Below, one piece after another: positions 43,588 to 58,424 of a DNA stretch of 64,000 nt. Source of the DNA: Eledone cirrhosa (Eukaryota); assembly GCA_964016885.1 (NCBI GenBank), contig OZ024747.1, positions 50,344,001-50,408,000 on the forward strand, read 5' to 3'. A program made the position numbers and the translations under genes. Within the stretch, counting starts at the first letter, position 1. Each line of letters opens with the position of its first letter. The notes beneath the pieces were generated by a model, which did not search any database, was not told the DNA's origin, and saw nothing but the letters and a program-made list of their open reading frames with translations.

Positions 43588-44121
43588 TTGGCGTGGCAAT
43601 ACAATATTTAGTATAGTATGCTGTGTGCCGTATATAGCAGTTAATGTAGTTAATATTAGTTGGAATTTGAACTTTGTTGTACGCGTGTGATATTCTGTAT
43701 TGATGCTGTATTTTTTCACAGGCCTATGAATAATTATTTTGCTGTCGTTCTTGTGAATTTACAATCCACGCATCGAAAGGATTTAAGTCAATAAAATTTT
43801 AGAGCATATGTTTTCATTGAATGGAAACAAGGCAAATCAGCAACAAATATTATTGAAGAAATGTTGAATTAACATTGCTCCAGCAAATTCAACCATTTAT
43901 TATTGGGTGAAACAATTCAAAGATGGCAGTAGAGCATCACTTATTGATGCTCCTCGTTCTGGTCATCCTTGCACAGCCACTATTTATTCCAACGTTCACT
44001 CATTCAAGATGTTATTACATTGAATGGAGATTATGATTTGCAGAATAGATAAATTTTAGTTTCAATATGTTGTGCATTTTCATTTAAAGGATTATTCTAA
44101 AGACATTATTGCTATGCCAAG
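43587..44121 (+). mobile_element. Internally deleted mariner-type DNA transposon
   Basis: Imperfect TIRs cttggcgtggcaata and tattgctatgccaag flanked by TA. Remnant FRAYVFIEWKQGKSATNIIEE...STIYYWVKQFKDGSRASLIDAPRSGHP (mariner HTH) and C-terminal VITLNGDY. Confidence 0.8.
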
Positions 44122-44581
44122 TATATATATATATATGATCTTTTTTTTTGGGGGGGGGGGGACGTTTTGGAAGCCTCAACAATGCAGATGGGTAAATCTC
44201 CGGGTAACAGAATCCGGTGGTGAAGAGAGAGATGTAAGGGAATGTAGAATGAGATGTATAATGTGTACAGGTACGTAGGAAAATAAAAATAATAACAACG
44301 AGATAGAGTTACCTTGGGAGAGATTTAATTGTCCCTATATTTCGGATTCGCATCCATCAACTGGGGGGTTTTCCGGGGGAAGGAAAGTTATCTGTCGGAG
44401 AGGAACGGTACGTGTCCTCTGCTGTCCTCTGGTTGTGACTAACAAATATATGTTAGTCACAAACAGAGGACACGTACCGTTCCTCTCGGTACGCGGAGCG
44501 ATTTACGCGAAACTTGTTTTATTCCATTTGTATTCCCCTTTCAAGGTCAACTTCCTTTCAAAGTATTTTCAAAATATTAAT

Positions 44582-44992
44582 AATAATTGTTTCTACTTTT
44601 GACGCAAGGCCAGCAATTATCCCAGTGTATTACTGGTACTTTATTTTATCGACCCCGTAAGGATGAAAGGCAAAGTTAACCTCGGCGGGATTTGAACTCA
44701 GAATGGCAAGGGCCGTAACTCTTTGCGTCAAAGCCATGGCTTATAAAAAAGGCTGTTTGCATAATTGCAAACGAATCGAATATTATTATTAATATTTTCT
44801 AGGGCGGTGGATTGGCAGTATTGGTAGAGGGTCGGACGCCATGCTTTGACGTATAGAGTTACGGCCCTTGCTATTCTGAGTTCAAATCCCGCCGAGGTTA
44901 ACTTTGCCTTTCATCCTTACGGGGGTCGTAAAAATAAAGTACCAGTAATGCACTGGGTAATTGGTGGCCTTGTGCCAAAAGTAGAAACAATA
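44582..44992. mobile_element. Two OK-like SINEs head to head (44582-44738 minus, 44805-44992 plus)
   Basis: Mutually reverse-complementary copies about 65 bp apart. Confidence 0.85.
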
Positions 44993-45026
44993 TTCGAAAA
45001 ACTCAGGTTACATTTATTAAATTTAT

Positions 45027-45083
<57 letters not shown>

Positions 45084-45148
45084 CTTTGATAGGCTTCGGC
45101 TAGAATTGGCCCAGGCCATGTCTAACTTAATAACACCACCTGAAAATG

Positions 45149-45196
<48 letters not shown>

Positions 45197-45197
<1 letters not shown>

Positions 45198-45435
45198 CAT
45201 TGTTATACTTGGACAGGGTCATATTGTTGTAATAATATTGCCAGAAATAATAACTGAACACACTCACTGTTTGGTTGGTTTTCGCTTCTGCATCTTTTAT
45301 ATCTCCATTGTTAATTTATTTGGTAATCAATGTTTATCATTGACTGACCAACGGTTAAAAATACAGATATAAATATATATATATAGTATAACAAAGTTCT
45401 TTCCTTGCACATCTGCAACATCATCAGGGGTTCTA
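45197..45435 (-). mobile_element. Diverged family B terminal repeat with HHR
   Basis: Tail cattgttatacttgg..gggtcat shared with family B. Minus strand reads CTGATGA-TG-TTGCA-gatg-TGCAA-G-GAAA-GAACTTT. Confidence 0.6.
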
Positions 45436-45484
45436 TTATCATGTTTCCTTCTATTGTGTTGTATATATATATATATATATATAT

Positions 45485-45630
45485 ATTTTTATTTTATAGA
45501 AGGAGCTTCTATAGGACTAGTACTGTTTCATTCAGTCCTGTAGAAGCTCCTTCTATAAAATAAAAAAATTTTACTCTGCCATGTATTGAGTACCTTACTT
45601 ACTGTGGTTATCCCCGACTCAACCCGGGGC
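45485..45630. mobile_element. Family F fold-back element
   Basis: Arms ttttattttatagaaggagcttcta and tagaagctccttctataaaataaaa. Related copies at 30975-31065, 37980-38128, 47548-47640 and 58080-58172. Confidence 0.7.
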
Positions 45631-45652
45631 CTACGTATATATATATATATAT

Positions 45653-45783
45653 GAAATAGCCGTCGAAACGGCTTGAGTTCTGCAGTCGGGGTCATACTTT
45701 CTCCTATTACCCACTCTACTACCCTAAGTATTGAGTACTCTGGTGCGTTATGTTCCATTTGGTTCCTTACCTGAACTCCTTCG

Positions 45784-45786
<3 letters not shown>
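45653..45786 (+). mobile_element. Family A monomer
   Basis: gaaatagccgtcgaaacggc...ccttcgtt, lying in (TA)n. Confidence 0.8.
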
Positions 45787-45864
<78 letters not shown>

Positions 45865-45866
45865 CA

Positions 45867-45936
<70 letters not shown>

Positions 45937-46755
45937 TATGTATGTATATATGTGTATAAGTTTATACGTGTGCGCATGTGGGTGTATTTACGTGTAGTGT
46001 GTGTGTGTCTGTGTATGTGTGTGTGTGTGTGCGTGTGAATGTGTCTGTGTGCATTAAGATGTATAACTTAGATGTTTATGACTTTTATGTATATATGTAT
46101 GTATATAGGTATGTATCACTCTATCACTGAGAGTGCAGAAGGACAGGGAAGCAGGCATCTGTGTAGCTAATAGTGTTCATCAGATAACGACATGTGATGT
46201 TTGTGGAAGGGTATGCAGGTCGAGTAGTGATCTTACACGACACCTTGGGGTCACATGGTACCATGGGCCCAGCAATATGTGTCAATAATTGTCACAAGTG
46301 TAGTGTTTGTACTAGAGTTTTCAAGTCGCTGGCTGGACTAAAAAGTCACACTCGTTCAGCGCATCGGTAGGGGTTCTCCTACATGGATATAAAGTAGTGG
46401 CCGTACTCGAAAACGAGTTGGCAGCCACCATCACTCTATCTATGTAGAAGCTAGCTGTCTATTTTTCTCTATATGTATTATGTATGTTTCTATACACAAA
46501 CAAACACACACCCTCACACATGCACACACTCACACGTATGCACATCTAAAACGTTATATTTAGTTTTCATGTATTTCGTCCTACTCTTTGTGACCTGGTC
46601 ACAGATGCCGTTTCATTTTAGTGTCAGTAACCAGATCATTAATATTACCTTTGCGTTATTTTCTGAGGCAAAAATGATCCTCCTACTATTTAATTGCTTT
46701 AGTTTCAACATATTGTATCAATTTTCATGACATTTTATATATCTATATATCTATA

Positions 46756-46846
<91 letters not shown>

Positions 46847-46989
46847 ACGTATATATATATGCATATATATATATGAATATATATACATACACAGGAATAT
46901 ATACTTGCATAGACACGCGTGCACACAGACAATCACACAAATTCACACACACATATACCTACACACACACACACACGCGCACGTATGTA

Positions 46990-47069
<80 letters not shown>

Positions 47070-47569
47070 TATATACAAATATATATATATATATATGTAT
47101 GCATGTATGTACATATATATATATAATATGATTTAGTATTATATACATATAAAATACTATATTATATATACACATACGCACACATATATACATATAAATG
47201 TACATATATGGCAGGCAGAAAAATGTCTACCATGTCTGCGGTTTCACCTTTCTGTTCAACGGGTAGCAATGGCCGCCGTTAACAAAGAACGTCCTCTCAT
47301 ATACATATGATTTAGTCTCCGTTGAAATATGTCACAAAATAATTGAAAATAAACACGCAATTTGATTGATCGCTGTTATCCTATAGAGTTGGTTTGGATA
47401 TGAACAAACATTTATGAATAGAAAATTAAACAGCTAAAGGATATAAAGAAAGAAAATAACCACACAATCGTGCGCAAACACACGTTTATACACACGCACA
47501 CGCGCACATACACATACCCCCCCCCCCCCCAACACACATATATATATGAGTCCCAGGTTCAATCGGGGG

Positions 47570-47620
47570 CATTCCTGATGATTTCTATTGAATGAAATAA
47601 TTCTAGTCCTGTAGAAGCCA
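47570..47620 (+). ncRNA. Family F HHR motif
   Basis: CTGATGA-T-TTC-tatt-GAA-T-GAAA-TAATTCTAG-TC. Stem III is degenerate. Confidence 0.55.
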
Positions 47621-47641
47621 TTTCTATATTAAACATGATAA

Positions 47642-47692
<51 letters not shown>

Positions 47693-48467
47693 TGTGTCTG
47701 TGTGTGTGAGTGTGTGGTTATGTGTGTGTGTGTTTGTGCGCGCGCGTGTATGTTTGTGTGTGTGTGTGTGTGTGTGATTGTGTTCCAAAGATCTGAAACG
47801 GCGCATCCTAGAGAAAGACGGTTTTCATTTTCAAAATGTTCGTCCCAACTCGATACGCCGCAGAAACGGCAAGTACTCAGCCATAGGGCGGAATCTCAAA
47901 ATGATATGCGCAAAAAATAGATGCCTTAAAGACAGAAAGAGTGACATATATTTGTGGAAGAGTAGGGGGCAGATTTATTAAAACCCTTTCAACTATATGT
48001 AAAGGTTTCATCGTCTCTCGGTGGCTTTAGTTTGTCAAATTCTTTCATTGATGCCAAGTTGAATGAACTAAAAAGAAAAGAACAGAAACTAAATAAATAT
48101 TTAATGTATACAAGTGATAAACAATAGGAAAACAAATCACACACACACATACACACACACACAAACATGCATACATACACAAACATACATACACATACAC
48201 TCACATACATACAAACACACATATATACTCACAGACACACTCACAAACACACACACACACACACCCAGACGCACACACAAACACACATACACACAAACAA
48301 ACGCAAACATACACACACATACCGAGAGTTAAAAAAAAAAATTACAAATCAACAATGTAGCATCGTCAATGTAGCATCGTCAGCGTCATCATCATCTGCA
48401 TCAGCGTCAGCGTCATCATCATCTGCATCATCATCTGCATCATCATCATCATCTTCATCATCTTCAT

Positions 48468-48498
<31 letters not shown>

Positions 48499-48976
48499 AG
48501 CATCAACAACGATAACAACAACAAAATGGTTCACAGAGTTCGCAATCAGTTCAGTTATTGCCGAGACAGTATTGATTGTTACACACACACACACACACAC
48601 ACACAGGCACACACATACACACAGGCACACACATACAGGCACACACATACAGGCACACACACACACAGGCACACAGGCACACAGATGCACACACACACAC
48701 ACACACAGGTACATACACATACACACAGGCACACACATACAGGCACACACACACACACATGCACATACAGACACACACACACAGGCACACACATGCACAC
48801 ACACACACACACACACATGTACATACACATACACACAGGCACACACATGCATACACACACAGGCACACACACACACATACACACAGGCACACACACAGGC
48901 AAATACACACACAGGCACACACACAGGCACACACACACACACAGGCATACACAGGCACATACACACACACACACAG

Positions 48977-49045
<69 letters not shown>

Positions 49046-49273
49046 CTGAGACACACACACGCACACACACATATATATATATATGCACATACATATATAC
49101 ATACATAGATATATACATACACATATATATACATACATATATATATATACATATATACATAAATATATACATAATACATATATACATATACATATATATA
49201 TATATATATACATATACACATACATATATAATTTGTGAAATTATAAAACCAGAAGAACATACATACATATATA

Positions 49274-49850
49274 TAAATATACAATATATTAACAAATGGA
49301 AACTATATTTATAAAACCATAATTATTTCATTATACATATTTTAAGGGCCACCAAAGCAAACTATGGTGCGCTTTCATCAGATAAAATATAATATAATAT
49401 TATGTTTTATCTGATGAAAGCGCACCATAGTTTGCGTTGGTGGCCCTTAAAATATGTATAATGAAATAATTATGGTTTTATAAATATAGTTTCCATTTGT
49501 TAATATATTGTATATTTACTCCAATAATTTGTTGAGTGCTTTATATCAGTTATAAAAATATTTTGCTTGTTGTATCCCAACAAATTAAATATAACCTCTA
49601 CATATATAATACATTTCTAATTGTCCTTAACACTAAGACTTATTAAAATAATATAAACAATTCACTATCCAGATGGCTTCCAAAAATAATGGTTGCATTT
49701 TAAAAGGGTACGTCAAAGCTTATTTGTAAAACTGTTATATATTGTATTTTGTCTGATGAAGGCATACCATAATTTAATTTGGTATCCCTGAAATATGTAT
49801 AATGAAATAAATATGGTTTTATAGACATAGTTTCCATTTATTAATATCGT
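49274..49850. mobile_element. Family D element: ~245 bp palindrome plus a second tandem HHR repeat
   Basis: Palindrome 49274-49518. CTGATGA cores on + at 49411 and 49753. The second reads AGGcATACCA/TGGTATcCCT-GAAA-TATGTA-TA. Ends in (TA)n. Confidence 0.8.
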
Positions 49851-50481
49851 ATATATATATATATATATATTTCGTTGACAAATATATCAATATGCCTAGA
49901 CATGGAGATATATTGCCGTTGGTATGTTTGACAGTGTGGTGTTAGCTCAATGTAGGATAACTAGTATACTAATAAAACAATGTATTTCTAAGCACTGTTT
50001 GGTTATTCCTATAACTATATATATATACATATATATAGATATATAGATAGATATATACACACATACATATATACATACAGACGCAGATATACATACACTC
50101 ATACATACATACACACATATATGTACATATATATACATATATATACATACATAGATAGATACATACACACATACATATATACATTCAGACAGAGATATAC
50201 ATACATACACTCATATATACATACACACATATATATATACATATATATACATATATATACATACAGAGATAGATACATACACACATACATATATACATAC
50301 AGACACAGGTATACATACACTCATACATACATACACACATATATATATACATATATATACATACATAGATAGATACATACACACATACATATATACATTC
50401 AGACACAGATATACATACATGCACTCATACATACATACACACATATATATACATATATATACATACATAGATAGATACATA

Positions 50482-52401
50482 GGTAGTGGTGTTGGTGGTA
50501 GTGGTGGTGGTAGTCGTGTTGGTGGTAGTGGTGGTGGTGGTAGTGGTAGTTGTGATGATGGTAGTGCTGGTGGTAGTGGTAGTGGTGATGATCGTAGTGG
50601 TAGTGGTGGTGGGGGTAGTGGTGTTGATGGTGGTGGTGGTGTGGGAGGTAGCGGTGGTGGTAGTGGTGTTGATGGTGGTGTTGGGGGAGGTAGTGGTGGT
50701 GGTAGTGGTGCTGATGGTGGTGGTAGTGTTGGGGGACGTAGTGTGAGAGGTAGTGGTGTTGATGGAGTTGGTGGTGTGGGAGGTAGCGCTGGTGGTAATG
50801 GTGTTGATGGTGGTGGTGGTGGTGTTGGGGGAGGTAGTGTGAGAGGTAAAGCAGACGTATAATTAAAGGCGTTCGAGTTATGACCATCACACCTTTTCTA
50901 TATTAGTGACTACAGTCTTCCTTTAAAGAAGCTTGAGGAGTGATTTGAAGGAGTCGGGCTGTTATTTTTAGCAAGTCGAGTAACCAAAGGGAGGCTCTTT
51001 CATTTGACACGCAGATGTTATGGGATGGTTGGTAAGAGGTTCTAGTGTTGTTAGTGGTGGTTATTAGTGTTGTTATTGGTGGTGGTGGTGGTGTTGGTTG
51101 TTGCTGTTGGTGGTGGTGTTGGTGTTGGTTGTTGTTGTTGGTGGTGGTGTTGGTGTTGGTTGTTGTTATTGGTGGTGGTGGTGGTGTTGGTTGTTGTTGT
51201 TGCTGTTGGTGTTGGTGGTGGTGTTGGTTGTTGCTGTTGGTGGTGGTGGTGGTGTTGGTTGTTGCTGTTGGTGGTGGTTGTTATTGTTGTTGTTGTGGTG
51301 GTGTTGGTGATGGTTGTTGTTGTTGGTGGTGGTGGTGGTGTTGGTTGTTGCTGTTGGTGGTGGTGGTGTTGGTGGTACTGTTGGTGGTGATGGTGGTGTT
51401 GGTGGTACTGTTGGTGGTGGTGGTGGTGTTGGTTGTTGCTGTTGGTGGTGGTGGTGGTGTTGGTTGTTGTTGTTGTTGGTGGTGGTTGTTATTGGTGTTG
51501 TTGGTGTTGGTAGTGGTCGTGGTTGTTGTTAGTGTTTTGTTGTTGATGGTGGTGGTGATTGTTATTGGTGTTGTTGTTGTTGTTGGTGATTGTTATTGTT
51601 GTTGTTGGTGGTGGTGGTGGTTGTTGTTAGTGTTGTTGGTGTTGGTGGTGGTGGTGGTGGTTGTTGTTAGTGTTTTGTTGTTGATGGTGGTGGTGGTTGT
51701 TATTGGCGTTGTTGTTGTTGGTGGTGGTGGTGGTGGTTGTTGTTAGTGTTTTGTTGTTGTTGTTGGTGGTGGTTGTTGTTAGTGTTTTGTTGTTGTTGGT
51801 GGTGGTGGTTGTTATTGGTGGTGGTGGTGGTTGTTGTTAGTGTTTTGTTGTTGTTGGTGGTTGTTGTTGCTGTTGTTGTTGTTGGTGGTTGTTATTGGTG
51901 TTGTTGTTGTTGTTGGTGGTGGTGGTTGTTGTTAGTGTTTTGTTGTTGTTGGTGGTGGTGTTGATGTTGTTGTTGGTGGTTGTTGTTGCTGTTGTTGTTG
52001 TTGGTGTTGCTGGTGGTAGTTGTTGTTAGTGTTTTGTTGTTGTTGGTGGTGTTGTTGGTGGTGGTGGTTGTTGTTAGTGTTTTGTTGTTGTTGGTGGTGT
52101 TGGTGTTGTTGTTGGTGGTTGTTGTTGCTGTTGTTGTTGGTGGCGGTGGTAGTTGTTGTTAGTGTTTTGTTGTTGTTGTTGGTGTTGTTGGTGGTGGTGG
52201 TTGTTGTTAGTGTTTTGTTGTTGTTGTTGGTGGTGTTGGTGTTGTTGTTGGTGGTTGTTGTTGCTGTTGTTGTTGGTGGTGGTGGTAGTTGTTATTGGTG
52301 TTGTTGTTGGTGGTGGTTGTTGTTAGTGTTTTGTTGTTGTTGGTGGTGTTGATGTTGTTGTTGGTGGTTGTTGTTGCTGTTGTTGTTGTTGTTGGTGGTT
52401 G

Positions 52402-52435
<34 letters not shown>

Positions 52436-52640
52436 TTGTTGGTGTTGTTGTTGTTGTTGTTGGTGGTGGTCGTTATTGTTGTTGTTGTTGGTGGTGGTTG
52501 TTGTTAGTGTTTTGTTGTTGTTGTTAGTGGTGTTGGTCTTGTTGTTGGTGGTTGTTGTTGTTGTTGCTGTTGTTGTTGTTGGTGGTGGTAGTTGTTATTG
52601 GTGTTCGCTACTGGTGGTATTGGTGGTTGTTATTGATTAT
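50482..52640. repeat. (GGT/TGT)n trinucleotide low-complexity arrays
   Basis: Directly visible in the sequence. Confidence 0.95.
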
Positions 52641-53302
52641 GTCAAGCCGACTTACAGTATAAGGTGTTCCAACCATGATCATCCCTCCCTGATATAACGA
52701 TGTTCTCTCCACCCTTTGAATGCCTAGCCGACCTTATTCAACCCATTAATCTGATCACTGATTCGATCATCATTACTCAATGGTATCTTCCAGAAAAACA
52801 AGTTTGTTAGTTAGCTGTACAAGAGACTTTCCTAACAACCACCTCTGTAGACCTTGCTTGGAGTCAAGGCTTTGAAGACAATGGATTCAGTGTTATGTGT
52901 GGTAAATTTGTGACTGCATCATAAGTCAAAAGCATCGCAACAAGCTGCACATGTTATCTCTACTATGTGGTTCAACAGAGCGATCTTAAGTAAGCAACAA
53001 TTTTCTCCTTCACTTGTGTGTTGTCTTAACTTTGATGAGCCAAAAAAACACACCAAATTTTGCCGGAAAGCCTACATCTCCAAATAACTAGCAGCTCACC
53101 TCTTCCAACACTGATGGTTCTCTCTTTCACATTTCTCTCTCATTTTACTCTTTCTCTCTCGCTTCTTTCTTTCTGGAAGAATCCGTTAGGACTTAACACG
53201 GAACGTATCTGAATGGCTCCACGTGTTACGATGGCGACCCATCGTAACATGTGGAGCCATTCATATACGATCCCAACATGAGTTGATTACTATGCGTATA
53301 TG

Positions 53303-53422
<120 letters not shown>

Positions 53423-53498
53423 TGTGTGTGTATGTGTGTATATGTATATATGTATATATATGTATCTATTTATATATATACATATATACATATATATG

Positions 53499-53569
<71 letters not shown>

Positions 53570-53570
<1 letters not shown>

Positions 53571-53930
53571 GTTTCTGAATTTGTTTAGCAAGATTCTTTA
53601 TCTGAAAACGTGTGTTGAAACCGATATTGTTATACTTTGGGAGGGTCATGTTACCAATAAGAAACACACGCACCAGTTGCTTTCACTCCAATTTATTATA
53701 AATTAAATTTATAAATTTAAGAATTTATAAATTTCCGGTTGGCTGGTTGGTTCCACAACCGGACGATTGTTCATATATTGTCAAAGAACTGTGACGAAAG
53801 AACTTTGACAATATGTGGAACCAACCAGCCAACCGGAAATGTATAAATTTAATTTATAATAAATTGGAGTGAAAGCAACTGGTGCGTGTGTTTCTTATTG
53901 GCAACATGACCCTCCCAAAGTATAACAATA
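53570..53930. mobile_element. Family B head-to-head palindrome
   Basis: Arms 53626-53786 and 53804-53930. The sense arm starts at tgtgac-GAAA, the 3' strand of stem II. Confidence 0.8.
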
Positions 53931-53939
53931 TATATATAT

Positions 53940-54132
53940 AACGAAGGAATTGTGGTAAGGAACCAGATGGACCATAACGCACCAGAGTACTCAATACTTA
54001 TGTTAGTAGAGTGGCTAATAGGAAAAACTATGACCCCGACGGCAGAGCTGAAGCCGTTTCGACGGTTATTTCTGGACGGAAATAGCCGTCGAAACGGCTT
54101 GAGCTCTGCCGTCAGGGTTATACTTTTTCCTA
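53940..54132. mobile_element. Family A palindrome
   Basis: Centre cggttatttc-tggacg-gaaatagccg. Confidence 0.8.
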
Positions 54133-54580
54133 CATATATATACATATAAGTCTGTGTACGAGTGGGGTGAAAAACAGAGAATGCGTGTATGTGTGTATCT
54201 GTGAATGTTTGTGTGCATGTATATAAGTAGATGTGTGTTTATGCGTCTGTGTGTATTATAAACATGTACGCAGTCGAAATAAAATATATAATATATAATA
54301 AATAAAAAGCAAAATACTTAGAGATTAAATTGTATTAAAATAATAACGTCATATATTGATCAATGCTCTCAGTAGATAAACGTCGCGCCATTTCATTTAC
54401 TATCGCTTACAGGTCGCCATCTTTCTTGTGTTTTTCATTCTTTCTTTTCTTTTTCTCGTTCTTTTCTCTTTATCTTTCACTTCACTTAACTGCTAAACTT
54501 CAGCTATAAACACGCATTTATATATTTATACATACTCTAAAAAAAGTGTATGTATATGTACGTATGTATTTAAGTATAAA

Positions 54581-54613
<33 letters not shown>

Positions 54614-54635
54614 GCATATTCCCTCTCTCCCTCTT

Positions 54636-54669
<34 letters not shown>

Positions 54670-54681
54670 TATCTCTATCTA

Positions 54682-54791
<110 letters not shown>

Positions 54792-54879
54792 CACACACAC
54801 ACGCACACACAACACACACACACATATATATATATGCATATATATATATCTGTATATATATATATATGTCTAACATATG

Positions 54880-54915
<36 letters not shown>

Positions 54916-54986
54916 TATGTATATATATATACATATGTATATACATATACATATCCATATATATGCATATATGCATACATATAACG

Positions 54987-55718
<732 letters not shown>

Positions 55719-56104
55719 CCTCGCTCACTTATATATCTATATATATGTATGTATTAGCATAATACCCGTAAAAAACAGGGCTTTATAGTAAAAACTATTA
55801 ATTCAGTAATACGTTCATTACATTCTATATAAAGATGCTTAAACCGTCGATTACCCAGGACCCTCGCCCCAGCTCGTCACTTCAGACATTGCCGAATTAA
55901 AAAAAAAATAGATTACAATAATTATCTTGTATAATATGTTTTAATTATTAACACATATATATATCCAGTAAATAATATATATACACACAGAAAAAATTAT
56001 TTTATTAGAATCTAATCTAATAAAGCCTACACCGCTAATTTGTAGGTAAACCGTTCTTAATTATACATACCTACATACATGCATACATACATACATATAT
56101 GCAT

Positions 56105-56186
<82 letters not shown>

Positions 56187-56489
56187 TTATATATATATAT
56201 ATATATATATGTGTATATGTGTGTGTGTTTGGTTGTTACCAGAATTTTGGTTTGTATTTATATTTCTTGATTTATTCTTAAATTGAGCCTAGCATTCCCT
56301 ATTGTCTGTAGTTAGTATTATTTTCACTTTAGCGATTCTGGTCCATTACGATTTGAACACCTATATGTATATGTCTGTGTTCGTTTACTTTTTTGTTCAG
56401 TTATATTATACGGCTCGGAAAAACCTCTTTCTTAGAGCTAATTTACTGTAATGAGACTATTTTGAGTTTCTAACTCAATATATTCCTTT

Positions 56490-56628
<139 letters not shown>

Positions 56629-56745
56629 CAAGATAAGCAGAACAAGCAAAATTCAACCAATTTTTCAAAATAAATCAAAATTAATTTACAATTAAAATTA
56701 ATCAAAATTAAAAAATATAATATAAATATTTACCTATTCAAATAG

Positions 56746-56823
56746 CCCTTACTGTACAGTTTCACTTTGCAAAACATTAGATATCACATGGATATTAATG
56801 GAAAAACAAAGATCATCAGAGAA
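56746..56823 (-). ncRNA. Type I hammerhead ribozyme motif
   Basis: Minus strand reads TTCT-CTGATGA-T-CTTTG...CAAAG-T-GAAA-CTGTACAG-TA-AGGG, with palindromic stem III ACTGTACAGT and a GUA site. Confidence 0.8.
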
Positions 56824-56870
56824 TATATATATATATTTAAAAAAATAGAGGTGTAACACACGAGTTGTGA

Positions 56871-57165
56871 TATATTAGTAAAAGGAAAAGAAAATGGTGA
56901 CAAATTTTTCCCAGTGAAAATAATTTTGAGATAGAGCGATCGTGATGTTTGCTCTAATCTGATGTTTGCAGATTAGAGCAAACATCACGAGCGCTCTATC
57001 TCAAAATTATTTTTGAAAAGCATTAGAAATGCGCAACCGGTAAAAACTTAAAACTAAAACTGAATACTAACCAATACTTATTACTGAATTTATACTGAAT
57101 CCTAATTAAACTATTTTTCACTGGGAAAAATTTGTCAGCATTTTCTTTTCCTTTTACTAATATAT
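56871..57165. mobile_element. Family G palindromic element (monomer copy at 62784-62980)
   Basis: Outer arms tattagtaaaaggaaaagaaaatg and cattttcttttccttttactaata. Inner hairpin 56917-57013. Right end abuts (TA)n. Confidence 0.75.
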
Positions 57166-57179
57166 ATATATATATATAT

Positions 57180-57426
<247 letters not shown>

Positions 57427-57427
57427 A

Positions 57428-57582
57428 AAAAGAAAAAGAGATGAAATCGAAAATGCAACTGGAGTCTTATTTAAAAAAAAAAATAAGACTCCAGTTGCAT
57501 TTTCGATTTCATCTCTTTTTCTTTATACTTTCACTCGTGTAGGACACCTCGGTTATTTTTCATTTTGTAAAAAAAACCTCAC

Positions 57583-57590
<8 letters not shown>
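57428..57590. mobile_element. Family I fold-back element
   Basis: Inverted arms of about 43 bp around an A-run. The tail gtgtaggacacctcgg...cactttctaa(TA)n is identical to 42137-42189. Confidence 0.7.
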
Positions 57591-57645
<55 letters not shown>

Positions 57646-57732
57646 AGTATAAGTATGCACACCTACACAGGCACACACACACATATATATATGTACATAT
57701 AAATATGTATGTATGGGTTATATCGATCATTA

Positions 57733-57839
57733 ATAATTGTTTCTACTTTTGGCACAAGGCCAGCAAATACCCAGTACATTACTGGTACTTTATTTTATCG
57801 ACCCCGTAAGGATGAAAAGCAAAGTTAACCTCGGCGGGG
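57733..57839 (-). mobile_element. OK-like SINE, truncated
   Basis: Same family motifs. Confidence 0.8.
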
Positions 57840-57939
57840 TTAATATTAATGTTCAATTCGTTTGTAAACAAACGGCCCGATTTGAAGGTGTGCCGGTGAC
57901 CGATCGTCACCTGTTTGTTTAACAATGCCTTTGAGGAAC

Positions 57940-57978
57940 AACCAACATGTTTCTGGGTCATTACCCTTCATCAGGATT
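57940..57978 (-). ncRNA. Minimal type I hammerhead ribozyme motif
   Basis: Minus strand reads AATC-CTGATGA-A-GGGT-aatg-ACCC-A-GAAA-CATG-TT-GGTT, with palindromic stem III ACATGT. Confidence 0.75.
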
Positions 57979-58094
57979 GTATACCTATGCCAATCTGTTG
58001 AACGATTGAAAATATATAGTATTTCCTTAAGTACACATCGTCTGAGTAGCCTCATTTGCATACCGAGCGAGTTATATAATATAGATATGGCTTC

Positions 58095-58136
58095 TACAGG
58101 ACTAGTACCGTTTCATTCGAAAGAAATCATCAGGCT
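58095..58136 (-). ncRNA. Family F HHR motif
   Basis: Minus strand reads CTGATGA-T-TTC-tttc-GAA-T-GAAA-CGGTACTAG-TC, followed on + by an inverted partial core cctgatgatttc. Confidence 0.6.
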
Positions 58137-58179
58137 TTTCCTGATGATTTCCTCCGATTGAACCCGGGATACACCCCCC

Positions 58180-58243
<64 letters not shown>

Positions 58244-58335
58244 ATAATAATAAATTTGAAGACTAAAATCGAAAGAGGGCTCGATAAGTATAAATATATA
58301 TCAATCAAATATATAAGAACCGTAGAGAAAATATT

Positions 58336-58420
<85 letters not shown>

Positions 58421-58424
<4 letters not shown>

